Shown one piece after another: positions 1 to 12,136 of a stretch of 64,000 bases of DNA. The stretch's first letter is position 1. Each line of letters opens with the position of its first letter. A program made the translations under genes and the position numbers. Source of the stretch: Felis catus (lineage: Eukaryota); NCBI RefSeq assembly GCF_018350175.1, contig NC_058383.1, forward strand, positions 12,960,001 through 13,024,000, in the 5' to 3' direction. The notes beneath the pieces are model-generated. The model was given only the letters and a program-made list of their open reading frames with translations. It was not told where the DNA came from and ran no database searches.

Positions 1-711
1 GCTTCTGGAATTATGAATGTCTGTCAGAGGAGCTGCGTTTATTCCAGAGAGGTTTTTTTTTTTTTTTTTTTTTAAACCATCAAGGGAGTCCCTGTGCTGA
101 TGAATGAAGAGGTGCAGGGCTGAACTGGCTGGTTGTGGATCTTACCCTAGCAGTTCTTAAAGACAACTGGGATTGAGGGTGCTTTGGCTGGCTGACACCT
201 GGGTTGAAGTACTGAATTAAAACATAAAAGTGATGAGTGTGTGGGGAGAAGCATATAAAAGGAAGTACTTGGCATTCTGGCCAGGTTAGGACTGTCTTTG
301 CTAAGGTCGGCACTTTGACGCATGTGAAACTTGTATGACTTCAGCACCTAGAAGATTGCACTTCGCTTATCAGCCAAACCCCATTCACGTTAGTGATGGT
401 GTTGCCAGCATGAGAAGAATGTGGTTGTGGAGGCCAGTGTTAGGAAGCTGATGAGTTTTTAACTTTGGGCTTTGGAAGAAGCACAAACAGCCCCTTGAGT
501 TTCAAGCTTGCCAAATAAAGAAGCAGCTTTGGCCCTAAGGCTACAGCTTTCAGGATGCTTGGTTACATTTGGGCCTATGGAGTCAGACCCAAGACAGATG
601 ATGGATTTGTTGTCCTCCACAGCTTTGTAGCCCACACTCAGCCAGGTCTCTCTGTGCCTCTTTCTAGGCTGCCCATGTAAATATATTCACATTGCCTCTA
701 GAAGATTTTAA

Positions 712-900
712 GGAGCACCTGGGCGGCTCAGTCGTTGAGTGTTGACTCTTGTTTTCAGCTCAGGTCATGATCCCAGGGTTGTGGGATCCAGCCCCGCATC
801 GGGCTCTTCACTGAGTATGGATCCTGCTTAAGATTCTCTCTCTCCCTGTGCCCCTCTTTCCCACTTGAGCTGTCTACAACAACAACAAAAAAAATAAAAA
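712..900 (+). mobile_element. CAN-SINE (older subfamily)
   Basis: tRNA-like head GGAGCACCTGGGCGGCTCAGTCG, CT-rich tract and A tail running into (TAGA)n; degenerate flanking repeat AGATWTTAAGGA. Confidence 0.9.
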
Positions 901-930
901 TAGATAGATAGATAGATAGATAGGTAGATA
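901..930. repeat. (TAGA)n microsatellite at SINE tail
   Basis: Seen directly. Confidence 0.95.
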
Positions 931-1156
931 TTAAGGATTCCCCAGAGGAATCTGGAGGACTAGAAGGACCTTCTTGATAGTTGAGGAATGTCGATCTTGT
1001 CTCTTGATTGGGTGCATGCTGTTTTGGCTTCTACTTAGGCCAGAATCTTGTCACTGGTTTTGTTGTCTTTTCTGCTCACCTTTCTTCCCTCATTCCACAT
1101 TATCTGGAAACACTTTAATTGAGTTTCAAACATTTTGTGTTGTATGCCATCCAAAC

Positions 1157-1160
<4 letters not shown>

Positions 1161-1200
<40 letters not shown>
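1161..1200. repeat. (TG)20 microsatellite
   Basis: Seen directly. Confidence 0.98.
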
Positions 1201-1206
<6 letters not shown>

Positions 1207-1220
1207 GAAAAATACACAAA

Positions 1221-1765
1221 ACATAAAATTTACTATGGGTACAGTCCACATTGGTGTGCAACCAATCTCCAGAATTCCTTTCTTGCAGAACTGAAACTCT
1301 GTAACCACTAAACAACATCTCCCATTCCCCTCTCCCTTCTAGCCCTTGGCAGGCTCCATTCTGCATTCTGTTTCTACGAATTTGACTTTCCTAGGTACTT
1401 CTTATTAAGTGGAATCCTACAGTATTTGTCTTTTTGTGGCTGGCTTATTTCACTTAGTGTAATGTCCTCAAGGTTCATCCACGTTGTAAGAGGTGTCAGG
1501 ATTTCCTTCCTTTTTAAGACTGAATAATATTCCATTGTGTGTATATATCACATTTTACTTATCTATTCATCCATCATTGGACACTTGGGGTTGTTTTCAC
1601 CTGTTAGCTATTATGACTATTGCTGCTGTGGACATAGGTGTGCAAATATTTATTCAAGACCCCCCTTTCAATTCTTTTGGATATATACTCAGAAGTGGAA
1701 TTTCTGGATCATATGGTAAATCTATTTTTAATTTTTCGAGGAACCACCATACTGTTTTCCGTAAG
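1221..1765 (-). mobile_element. Old L1 (L1MA/L1MB-type) 3' end fragment
   Basis: Antisense L1 3' motifs: TGGCTTATTTCACTTAG, GTTCATCCACGTTGTA, GGATCATATGGTAAATCTATTTTTAATTTTT, CACCATACTGTTTTCC. Confidence 0.9.
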
Positions 1766-3899
1766 TAGCTAGATTTTTAAGAAATACATTTAAATTAGGT
1801 TTGTTTGTTTGTTTTTGCTTTTGGTCTCTATGCTGTCTTGAGTTGACCCTGGGTAGGTGAGTTTCTTAGTCATTCACCTGCCCCAGCATACCTCTGAGCT
1901 CAGACACACACTGTCCATGGCTCACTTTGGCCCTTGAGACTCTTGATTAGATTAGACCAAGAGGACAGCCTTCTCAGGACAAAGGGCTAAACAGTGGAGA
2001 GGCAAGTTAAATCCTAGAAAGTCTGAGCTCAGTTACTTACCTGATGCCATGCTTCTCACAGTTGTGCTCAGATCAAGGTTGGAGTGACATGACATTCTTC
2101 CAGAAAATCTGATGGAATATGTCCAGATGTGTTTCTCCCAAACCTCTCCTCTGCCATTAGAATGGTGTCATTGGAAAAATACATGAAGCAATTCTCCACT
2201 ATAATCCCATACTACTTATATACCTTAAGGAAAATTGAAGAGTAGATCAGGGAGCGAGCTGCCTGTGGGTCATAGCAGTAAACAGTTGTGTGTGTATGTG
2301 TGCAGTGGGATGTGAAGGGTGGGCTAGGAGAGAGAATCCGTAGACCCGTCTACATTCTGTTGATTATAGTAGTTGAGGTCGGTGTTTTAGTCCTCTCTTC
2401 TCCACATGAGTCCTTCCATACTGAGGCCTTAGGCATACAACACAATGAAGGACGGAAAATGAGGGTCATTTGCCATTTCTCTCCTTTTTGTGTAGAATCA
2501 ATAGGGGCCAGGAAGGGGGCGACCAACCTATTGTAAGTCTAGCGGCCTGCCCAGTCTTTCTGTCTCTGGCTTGTGGATGTGATCATTAGCTGCCTGCAGC
2601 AGGTATATTGCCTCCAAGAGCTTACTTAGCCAGTACGCTATTTAGTAAAGTCTTCCTTTCAGATCATTAAAGGCATTACCTACTTTGAGGCACGTATAGT
2701 ACCAGCTGCCTGATGCCCTTTTCAGTCCACATCTTCCAAGACCAGTTTAAATGTTACTTTGTGAAACTTTCTCAGGTTTTTTCAGACTCCCTCCCCTCAC
2801 CACCCCAGGGCAAGTGTGCCCCACTTTGAGGTATTGTCATCACTGTACCTGGCCAATTGGATTGTAGTTATCCGTGACAGTCCCTCCTACTAGACTTTAT
2901 CCTCCACTGTACAAGTGCCACATTTCAGTTTTATTTCTCTCCCTCAGGACCTTATGAGGGATTTAGTATAGCACCGTGTATCTGGCAGTTGTCTGGTAGA
3001 TTTTTGATTTGTCTACAGGTGACTAAATGTAGTGGGATTGAGTAGAATTGGTAGAATTGAAGGGTTAAATCATGAACATGGCCCCAAATAGCTGTTTGAC
3101 CACATCCAAGCCACTGACCATCTCTCCCTCTTATGCCAGATTGTAAAAACTGAAAGAAAAATAGAAAGTGTAAGTTAAAAAATATTTAGCACTTACTATG
3201 TGCTATTTATTTAGCTCGGCACTTTACTTATAGTACTTCATTTAATCTTAGGGTAGCCCAACATAGGTAATGAGATAGACACGGAGAGGAGAGGCTACCT
3301 GCTCAGTGCAAACACAGGTAGTCCAGCCTCTCTGTGTGTATATTTGTTTTTGCAGGAGATAGTGAACTTATGGTTGGTTACAGCTTTGTGAGCTAGAACA
3401 CACTCAATATCGCCAGCTTTGGACCTGCATATTGTGAGATATAAAATGACAGAAAGACCTGGGGGTGGGGGGTGGGGTGGAAACTGAGTCCTTGTATGAA
3501 AGAACCAGGTTGCAGTTAGCAGTGGGCATAGAGGGAGTAGCCAGTGCAAGTTGGACCACAGAGAAGGTTGTATGCTGTTGGAAGTGGCATGAGAGACACA
3601 GGTGCCTCCATTAGGAAGGAGGGGAGCTGAGGGAGATTGGGTCCCAGAGGAGGAAATTTGAAGACGAGGTGAATGAGGTGGCTGGAAAAGACAGGTCCCT
3701 ACCAGGAGGGGCCTAGGTTTTAGGTAGCCTCCAAGCACAGGGGAATGGACAGGAGGACAGGCCTGGTGGGATTAGCTAGTCTCAGACTCCGGGAAAAGCC
3801 CAGGCCATCTGTATAGACTGTGCCTTGGGGTGTGCAGACCATGAAACAGGGGAGGCAGAGGGTAGGCACTCATGCTCATTTATGCTCCTGCCCTCATCT

Positions 3900-4450
3900 T
3901 GTGCAGCGAAAAGGAAAAAAAATGCACAAAGGAAAAATTAACAAACATCCCAAGTCTCTTGACACACAGATCAAAACATATTGATAGTGTCTTGCAACTC
4001 TGATAATTTCATTGAACTGTATGAAGCTTAAAATTGATACATAGGCACCCCCCTGATTAACATTAAGTGCTGCTGTCAGTCTGACATAGCTGGATAAACC
4101 AATATTGAATAATCTATTAAATATGTCACACTTGAACAAGGAGCGTAAATCATATTATATTATTTCAGCTGTAATTAGGTGGGAGATAAAATCACAAATA
4201 GGCGAGTTTAGTGAATATTTCTTAGTGTGTACACAGCGTCACTGGAATTTCTGTTCTTGCTCTGCAGGGAGAGAGAAGTTGACTGCCTTCCAAGTATTGA
4301 CTGCTGTCCAGGAAGCGAGAGGTTGAGGGGTGACTTATGTAATGTTCACAGAGTGGGTTTCATTTATAAATTCAATGAGATTAGCTGCAATCTTCCTGAA
4401 GTTAATGGCAATGGAAATGTACCATTCTGCATTTAGCTGGAAATAGCTAG
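3900..4450. promoter_or_regulatory. Putative conserved non-coding element / enhancer
   Basis: Repeat-free AT-rich block with many TAAT/ATTA motifs and the inverted TALE pair TGTCAG-T-CTGACA at 4074-4086; conservation not tested. Confidence 0.5.
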
Positions 4451-5111
4451 TTCTCCGGCTTGGAGACCTAATTGTTCCTCAGGTTCTGATATGTTTGCCT
4501 TTTTATCTGCTTCCCCTCCTTCCCCGGGAGCTGCCTGTTGCCTTTATTGTCTGGGAATTAATGATGCAGACGAGAGCTTGTGGGTGACAGTGCGGCGTAC
4601 TGCTCAGTCCTTGGTCGCCCTCTCTCCCAACCCTCTGAGCCAACTCAATTATTGAGAATAAATGAGGGACATAAGCCAAGGCGAAAACGATACCGAAACT
4701 GTGTTAGGAGGGTCCAGATGAACGAAGCTCTTGCTAAGAAATGGAGATAATTCTAGTCCTTCCTTCACGGGATGGTGGTGAAGGGTAGACACGTGTCAAA
4801 CCTTCAGAGCAGTGCCACCACAGAGGGAGTGTTTCAGTATTTATCAGTTGCTTTCATTATTATAGGAAAAGTAGTTGGTGTTTGTGGTGGATGGTCTGGG
4901 TGGTACGAATGCAAAATTAAATAGCACAAAATAGATACCTGACCGGAATGGTTGTCTTCTTCCAAAACGGCTGGTGTGGTGAAACAAGAAGTGCTAGTTC
5001 TCATTTGGGACTGCTAGCAGGGCAGAGCGTGTTATGAGCAGTGTATACCAATCATCTTTGTTTTGAGAGGCTCTGCTTTTTCATTTTTGTCTTTTTTTCA
5101 GTTGGTTTTTC

Positions 5112-5331
5112 TTTTTTCTTTTTTTAATGTTTTTAATTTATTTTTGAGAGACAGAGAAAGACAGCACAAGTGGGGTAGGAGCAGAAAGGGAGGGAGACAC
5201 AGAATCCGAAATAGGCTCCAGGCTGTGAGCTGTTAGCACAGAACCCAACGTGGGGCTCGAACCCACTGACCATGAGATTATGACCTGATCCAAAGTCAGA
5301 CGCCTAAACGACTGAGCCACCCTGGCGCCCC
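5112..5331 (-). mobile_element. CAN-SINE (felid type)
   Basis: Full antisense copy; perfect TSD CAGTTGGTTTTTC at 5099-5111 and 5332-5344. Confidence 0.97.
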
Positions 5332-6207
5332 CAGTTGGTTTTTCAAATATTAGTTGGATCCATTTTAAGTGATTTTGTTAGCATCTTTTAGACTTTCTCA
5401 TTGTGAGAACCATAGAACCTGTGGGCATTGTAATCATTTAGCAGACAGCTAAAGCCTGTAATGTACCAGGTATACGTGTGTGAATACTTTTTTATGGCGG
5501 TTTACTTAACAGTGCTATACCTGTGACCTTCTTCTCAACCCTGAGTTCACAGGGATTTCCAGAAAGACGGGCAGAGGAGCTGCAGTGGGCGCATTCCTAG
5601 CTGCCTGGGTGTTTTGAGGTGCCAGCCTCATGGCCGTTGGAGTCAGTAGTTCTGGCTTGAGCCGCCTGGACCCTTGGTCCTGAGCTCCGTGGCACTACAC
5701 GTAGAGTGTAGCCTGGGTCCATGGCCTCAGAGGCAGTTGTCCTGTTTCCCGGAGTCGTTTGCAGAATGCCACATACAAGACCCTTTGAATTTCGGGGGTG
5801 AATGTGCTCCATAAGGCAAGGATTTTCTGAGACCTAAGAGAAAACAACAGAAGGCTGGCATTTCCCCCCCAGGCCAATTGCTTGTCTCTCATTACTTAGC
5901 ATAATAACTTTCTCTCAGCTGCACTTAAAAGGACTTAATGGCACCATTTAAAGTTAGAGGATAAATGTAAAACCGATCTGCTCACTAACACCAATTAGTT
6001 GTACTTTAAAAAAGATGATCTCACATGAGGTAGAAATAGGTTGCTACTTGAAGGGACTAATGGTCAGTTGGCTTTAGAGTGGATCACCAAAGGAAATGTG
6101 GCTTCACCTGCCAACCCCTGACTGCAAGGTGATGCATGTTCTGTGTCAGAGAACTGGAGGGGTGGGGGCAGACCCACGGAGGCAAGGAGAGCAGAGAATG
6201 CCTCCCT

Positions 6208-6228
6208 CCCCCCCCCCCCCCCCCCCCC
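6208..6228. repeat. Poly-C run (C21)
   Basis: Seen directly. Confidence 0.95.
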
Positions 6229-6494
6229 ACAGTCACCCTGGCCACAGTGCACTCGCGGCTTCTGGAGGCCAGTGTATAAGCTGCCATCCACTACTTGAAA
6301 GCTCCTAAGGCATCCAGAGGTCTTTCTACACGTACCCAGAGTTTTCTTTGATAATTTGCCATTCCGTTGTGTGTTCTTTTTTTCAAGAGTATTTTCCCCT
6401 ATAGCATTAGCAGGCATCTAAAGAGGGATGTGGTGAGAATGTGGATTTGGCGTTCCAGAGGGAAAAGTACTTGGCTTTAATAAGACACTTGGTG

Positions 6495-6800
6495 AAAAAC
6501 ATGCACTGAGTGCGGCTAGGTCCCAGGAACTGTGATGAGCGTGGGGGACACAAAGTAAGTAAGCACTGTTTCTGCTCTCAAGGAGTTCATGATCTAGTGT
6601 GGACGTTGGTGCCTGAGTAGCCAGTCCCAGTGCAGTAGCAGAAGGGCACTGGGTGTGGCAGTAGCACGGAAGAGGTGGTGTTAATTCTGTGGGGACGCGG
6701 GGTGAAGGCTGAGGACTCTTTAGTCGAGGTGTGTCTGGAGGACAGTGAGGAGTTTACCAAATAGACAAGACGAATCAACAGGACAGAGGGAGAGTGGTGC
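6495..6800 (-). mobile_element. L2 3' fragment
   Basis: Antisense L2 end pattern CACTGAGTGC...CCAGGAACTGTG...CTGCTCTCAAGGAGTTCA...TCTAG; boundaries approximate. Confidence 0.7.
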
Positions 6801-7509
6801 CTTGGGAGGACTAGGAGCTGGGACTCCAACTCAGAGATCAGGAGTTTTGCTTCAGGTCCACCTCGTACCTGTCTGCCTTGTGACCTAACAGTGTACGGAG
6901 GAGAGAGAGAAACAGGTCCCCATATCTTCCCCCCTTTTGTTTGGCACAGGAAGCCGGACTGAATCCAGAACTGTGATCTTGTCCAACCTCTGGATCACTG
7001 AGACCTGCAGAGCCTGGGCTATGCACAACTGGTTAAGTCAGACCCAGGGTCAGTTGAGACATTTTCACATTGGTCCGGTGCCATTTTGGCTGCCCAACAT
7101 CCAAGGTGTGTCTCTGGTTCTCTCTGTTGGATTCATTCCCTCTCTCATTCGTTCAATAAATGTTTACGGAGTTGGTTATAAACAACAGTACAGCCTGACG
7201 GGGATATAAGGGCCTTCCTGTCAGGGAGCTTATAGTCTTAAGGTGAGAATTGACTTTGAAAATATCGGCTGGAATCAGATTATGAAAAGCCAGACCAAGG
7301 AGTTAGGACTTAATGATTTATACCACTCAATCGAGGGAGGATGTCAATGAGTTTCTGAATTTATCGCCTAAGGCAAATCCTTTTTGATTCCTGTGTTCCT
7401 TGGCTTTATTTATTACTGTAGGATAATACTTCAGCATGTTTGAATAAATTTTAAAAATACACGCATAAAGGTAGACTTTATAAGGCTTACGTTGTGAGAG
7501 AGAAGAGTA

Positions 7510-7728
7510 TGTAAGACTGTGGTCTCCCGAGAGTCAAACAATCTGGGTTTGAATCCTTGCTCCACTATATGAGATGTGTGACCTTGGACTATTTACTTAA
7601 ACTCAGAGTGTCTCTTCCTTTATATGGAAAATGAAGATGAAAACAGTACCCACCTAAAAGTTATTATAAGGAAGTGTTTAGTAAGGTACCTGTACATAGT
7701 AAGCATTTAGTTGGTATTAGTTGTAATT
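7510..7728 (+). mobile_element. MIR
   Basis: CTGGGTTTGAATCC...TGTGTGACCTTGGAC core and CATAGTAAGCA tail. Confidence 0.8.
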
Positions 7729-8976
7729 GGGGAGTTGACTGATTGAATTTCCAGTTGGTCCGATTTTTCTTTGATGCTCTAGAATAGTGTAACAGTTCCT
7801 GAATCTCTTGGTGCATCAAAATCATTCAGAGAACATTTTAGATTAACGGCCTAGAGATTTCCAGTTCTGCCAAAATGGAGAAGCCCCATTCCTCCTAGGT
7901 CTTCCCCTTTGTATCACAAACCCTGGATATCGTATAGAATACAGCAAAGAAGCACATTCCTCCTTATACCACAAATCCTGAACACAATACAGCAAAGAAG
8001 CACGTGAAGTCTTGGAAAGGTAGAAAGAAGAGGGCAGCCTGCCGAGGACTTGAGGACTTGAGCAGTGAATGTCGTGAGTTCCCTGGGGTTGCTTATTGAC
8101 TCCCATAGATCTGGAACAGAGTGCTACCAAAGCCTCCCAACCCAGAATCACCAGGAGGCACAGATCAAAAAAACTCTAAGAATGAAGTCTGGGAAAGGTC
8201 TGGGAAAACGGTGGGCTAAGAACTGAAAACCTTTTTGGCAATACCGTCCCTAACTATAGTCAAATACCAAGGGAAAAACCATACCCCCGCCCCACTGTTT
8301 TGGCTGGGCCAGGCAGGAAGTTGATCTTTCACTTCCACTTTGTCCCTTGGAAGCAGGCAGTGTGCTTCAGTTCCCCCTGTGGGGCGATGTCTGCAGAACC
8401 GAGCAGGGTGCTGATCTTTATTCCCCTCGGTGTGGAAAGTAGGCAGTGCTCTGGGGCAGTGCCAGGGGCGTGTCAGTGAGGTCCACCTTCGTGGTGAGCT
8501 TTCACGCCCACCCTGCAGCAACAAACTCTTAGGAATCAGCCCTCTCTTCCTGCTCCCTGGTGACAGTGAGGCTTAGGGGATCACACCCTCACTTGTGGAG
8601 GTGTGAGGCAGTGCCCCATTTTTCCTGGGAAGGTGTCAGCAGGCCCAGCAGGGAGCTGAACTTCCACCCTACCACCTGCAACAGGCTGGGTGACTCGGTG
8701 TTCTCCTTTTGCTAGGGTAGTGTTGGCAGGACCAGAAGGAAGCAGAATCGACATACCCACCCAGCCCTCTTGCTGCATTTCAACAGGGACAGTTAACTAA
8801 AGATGTCCAGGATACAATGAAAAATCATAAGAACCGAGAAAATTACACTATGGATGAGAACAGTTAATAGCAGACACCACCATTGAAATGAATCAGATGT
8901 TGGAATTCTGACAACAATTTTAAAGCAGCCATCAAAAAAAAGTACTCCTAACAAGCAATTATTGTTAATATTTTTG

Positions 8977-9186
8977 TTTTAAAGATTTTTAAAGTTTATT
9001 TATTTTTGAGATAGAGAGCATAAGTGGAGAGAGGGAGAGGAAGAGAGGGAGACAGAATCCGAAGCAGGCTCCAGGCTCTGAGCTGTCAGTGCAGAGGCCA
9101 ACGTGGGGCTTGAACTCCCCAACCAAGAGATCATGACCTGGGCAGAAGTCGGATGCTCAACCGACCGAGACACTCAGGAGCCCCTT
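8977..9186 (-). mobile_element. CAN-SINE
   Basis: Perfect TSD TTGTTAATATTTTTG at 8962-8976 and 9187-9201. Confidence 0.96.
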
Positions 9187-9247
9187 TTGTTAATATTTTT
9201 GAAACAAATTTTAAAAATGTGAAACGTTGGCAAAAATATATGGGCTC

Positions 9248-9467
9248 GGGGCGCCTGGGTGGCGCAGTCGGTTAAGCGTCCGACTTCCGCCAGGTCACGA
9301 TCTCGCGGTCCGTGAGTTCGAGCCCCGCGTCGGGCTCTGAGCTGATGGCTCAGAGCCTGGAGCCTGTTTCCGATTCTGTGTCTCCCTCTCTGTCTGCCCC
9401 TCCCCCGTTCATGCTCTGTCTCTCTCTGTCCCAAAAATAAATAAACGTTGAAAAAAAAAATTAAAAA
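9248..9467 (+). mobile_element. CAN-SINE, young felid subfamily
   Basis: CpGs intact, GCCAGGTCACGATCTCGCGGTCCGTGAG, tail AATAAACGTTGAAAA; perfect TSD AAAAATATATGGGCTC at 9232-9247 and 9468-9483. Confidence 0.98.
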
Positions 9468-11944
9468 AAAAATATATGGGCTCAACATGAGGAAACTTTT
9501 GAGGGCTATGGAAATATATATCTTGATTGTCATGTACACATTTGTTAGACTTATCAAAGTATATATTTAGAGTTGGTAAATTACACTTCAGTAAAGTTGA
9601 TTTATAAAAGTGCAAGGGGACAGTCAGTCTTCATCCCTGGAGATTCTGGTTCAGGAGATCTAAGATGAAGTCCGAGAAGTTTCTTTCTTTCTTTTTTTTT
9701 TTTTTTAATTAATGCCCCAGATGATTCTGATGTGGCTGGTGGCCCTTGAGAGCTTCTGATCACCCTGGAGTAAACTAGGCTAGTTGTGAATTCTTCAGAA
9801 TATAAATCTGTTAGAAATCTGTGCAAATAGAAACTTGTTCTGGTAAATTATAAATTACCAGATAAGTACTTGCAGAATAAACAGAATACATAATTAGAAA
9901 CCATTAAGTGTATTATCCCCACATGGAAATAATTTTTTGTATGTTTTTTTGTTGGGTAATGTTGTAAAGAATGTTCCATGGCGTCCTTAGAAGCTGTAAA
10001 TTGTGATGCTGGGTCATAAACTGCACTGTGGTGGTGTTTTCTTGTGTTTTCTCCTACTTGCCCATACATACTTTCTCTTCATTCCTTTTCAGGGCATTAT
10101 CTTCTTGTTGGCTAATGACAGGAAGGAGTGCATGTTGGCTTGTGCAAGCTGCCACCGCCTTGACAGTCATGGTTTTCATCAGTACCTCCCTGGGGGTGGT
10201 ACTCTCTGTCAACATCCTGCTCTCAACCAGGCTGGGAAATGATCCCTACCTAACCCAGTATCACAGCTTTTGGCTTCTCCCTTTGGCCTCATTTAACCTA
10301 ATGGCTACATGTTGCCATTTAGGTTGGGTTTTTAAATCTGGCCAGGAAATCATGGGTTCTCCCCCCATGGCTGGGCTACTTCCAACCTCTGGGGGAGTCA
10401 GGCCTCCTTTCCCTCCTTACTGTCCCCTGGACGTTAGCTTGGTCTGACGGGAACACCTAGATGAGTGTAGCACAGTGGCTAAGGCTGGATGTGAGGGGCT
10501 AGGGGAGCTGTCTTTGGGAATGTTTTCATCCCAGGGCATAGCTTTCAAAGCGGCTGAATCATTTGTCCTGGAAATGAACTGGTCGAAACTGCATCAGGAG
10601 GGTGGCTCCCTCTGTCTCTGGCCTGGGCCCTGTGAGCAGCCATCATTCCTACCTGGGTGCTAGAAGGAAAGTCATTGTTTGAATCTGTATCAGATTTGGA
10701 GCAAGCCATTACCGGGTGTCCATATGTTATTCTTGATAGCTTTTCTGTTTTGATACTGCACCCTCGGAAATACCCTGCATCTGGTTTCTTTGCTTTTAAA
10801 TAATAGATGCCAGAGACTGGCCTTCTGTAGGGCATATTCTCTCTCTCTGAATACATTGTGGGATTCCCCTGTTCTAGCCAGAGCTGAATCTGGTCCTTGC
10901 TTGGGGCACTCTCATTGTCTCCAGTCTTTTTTAAGTACTCAGTGCTTACTTAGCTGGTCTTTGTTTCCATTGTGTGTTTTTGTGTGTGTCACGGTTACAG
11001 TCACCAGATGACTAGTGTCAGAGGAGGTCAGACACTGTTACAGCTTCTAATCATGTTGGTGTTTTGGTAAGGGAATTATTTGTGGAGAAAAAAATACACA
11101 TTGGGAATCTTCAGTCTTCATCGATGGGGGGGGTGGGTAACACTTGAAAAATGTGCACACGATAGCTCTCTCCAAATATTTATGTGGATTGTGGTTTCTA
11201 AGAGGGATTAGTTAGTTTTTTTTTCCTTGTGTAGACAGGACTAGTAATAAGAAAGAGCAGAAAAACACATCTTGGCCCTGTTTCCTGAAGAACATTCTGA
11301 CAAGGCTTTTCAGAATGTAAGTCTTGCGACCCTGAAGGTATTCGGGGAAGGTTTTGGTATGGCAGAGACGGTGGGGCTATCAGGGAACTTTTCAGGGTAT
11401 TTTCAGATTTCATCCTCCGTTGCGTCCATGAGCACCGCAGCGGTGGGACCACTCCAGGCTGATGGTCTGCCTTGCTCACTTGCTCAGTAGACCAGTGAGT
11501 TAGTAGTGAGGAGGCACTCTCTCCATTTCCTCAGACTGCCCCTGGGAAGGTGAGCCAGGAAGGAATACGATGGCACTTGGCTGGCTTTGTCCCTTCTGCC
11601 TTTCCTCTGAGATTTCTGTGTTGGTAATACCATTTCCCAGTGCTCCCTGTTCTCATCATGCATGGCATATATGGCCTTTTCCAGCATCTCTGTTCTTTGA
11701 CCTGTGGAAGAAAATAGGAATTAACTGGGACTGAGGCGGACCACTTCCTCAGGAGTGGGCCCCCATTCCCATCCCTGATGAAACTTCTTTCTCGGAGGCC
11801 AAAACTAAACTGGGAAAGTGATGGTTTTGAGTAACCATCATAACCTTTCCCTCTCACCCCCTGCATTTACTTGCCCTTCAGTGGTTAAAACAACTCTGCG
11901 TGTTTGGAGGAAAACTGAAGGCACAGTCTCTAAAGGGAATTTTA

Positions 11945-12136
11945 ATGTTTTTATTTATTTTTGAGAGAGCATGAGCAGGAGAGAAGCAGAGAGAGGGGGA
12001 GACACAGAATCGGAAGCAGGCTCCAGGCTCTGAGCTGTCAGCACAGAGCCCGACGTGGGGCTCGAACTCACGGACCGTGAGATCATGACCTGAGCTGAAG
12101 TTGGACGCTCAACTGACTGAGCCACCCAGGCGCCCC
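11945..12136 (-). mobile_element. CAN-SINE
   Basis: TSD TCTAAAGRGAATTTTA on both sides. Confidence 0.96.

Larger units (their letters stand above)
7854..9609 (+). mobile_element. Old L1M relic: 5'UTR and ORF1 start joined to the 3' terminus, interrupted by two SINEs
   Basis: Start GAGATTTCCAGTTCTGCCAAAATGG; ORF1-start-like ATGAATCAGATGTTGGAATT...TTTAAAGCAGCCATCA near 8890-8935; 3' end CATGAGGAAACTTTT...TATCTTGATTGT...TACACTTCAGTAAAGTTGATTT at 9486-9609. Confidence 0.7.

Noticed and set aside
1493..1768. ORF resembling database hypothetical proteins (LNNIPLCVYITFYLSIH)
   Set aside because: Antisense translation of an L1 3' end
6026..6043. let-7-like TGAGGTAG-AAA-TAGGTTG
   Set aside because: It has a 3-nt insertion relative to let-7 and no complementary 3p arm downstream
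9248..9330. tRNA-like A/B boxes (TGGCGCAGTCGG, GTTCGAGCCC)
   Set aside because: This is the tRNA-derived head of a SINE with CT tract, A tail and TSD, not a tRNA gene
9174..9557. 127-aa ORF and similar MAQS.../SLEPASDSVSPSLS ORFs at 5138, 23782, 36304, 39192 and 42178
   Set aside because: All are read-throughs of CAN-SINE sequence
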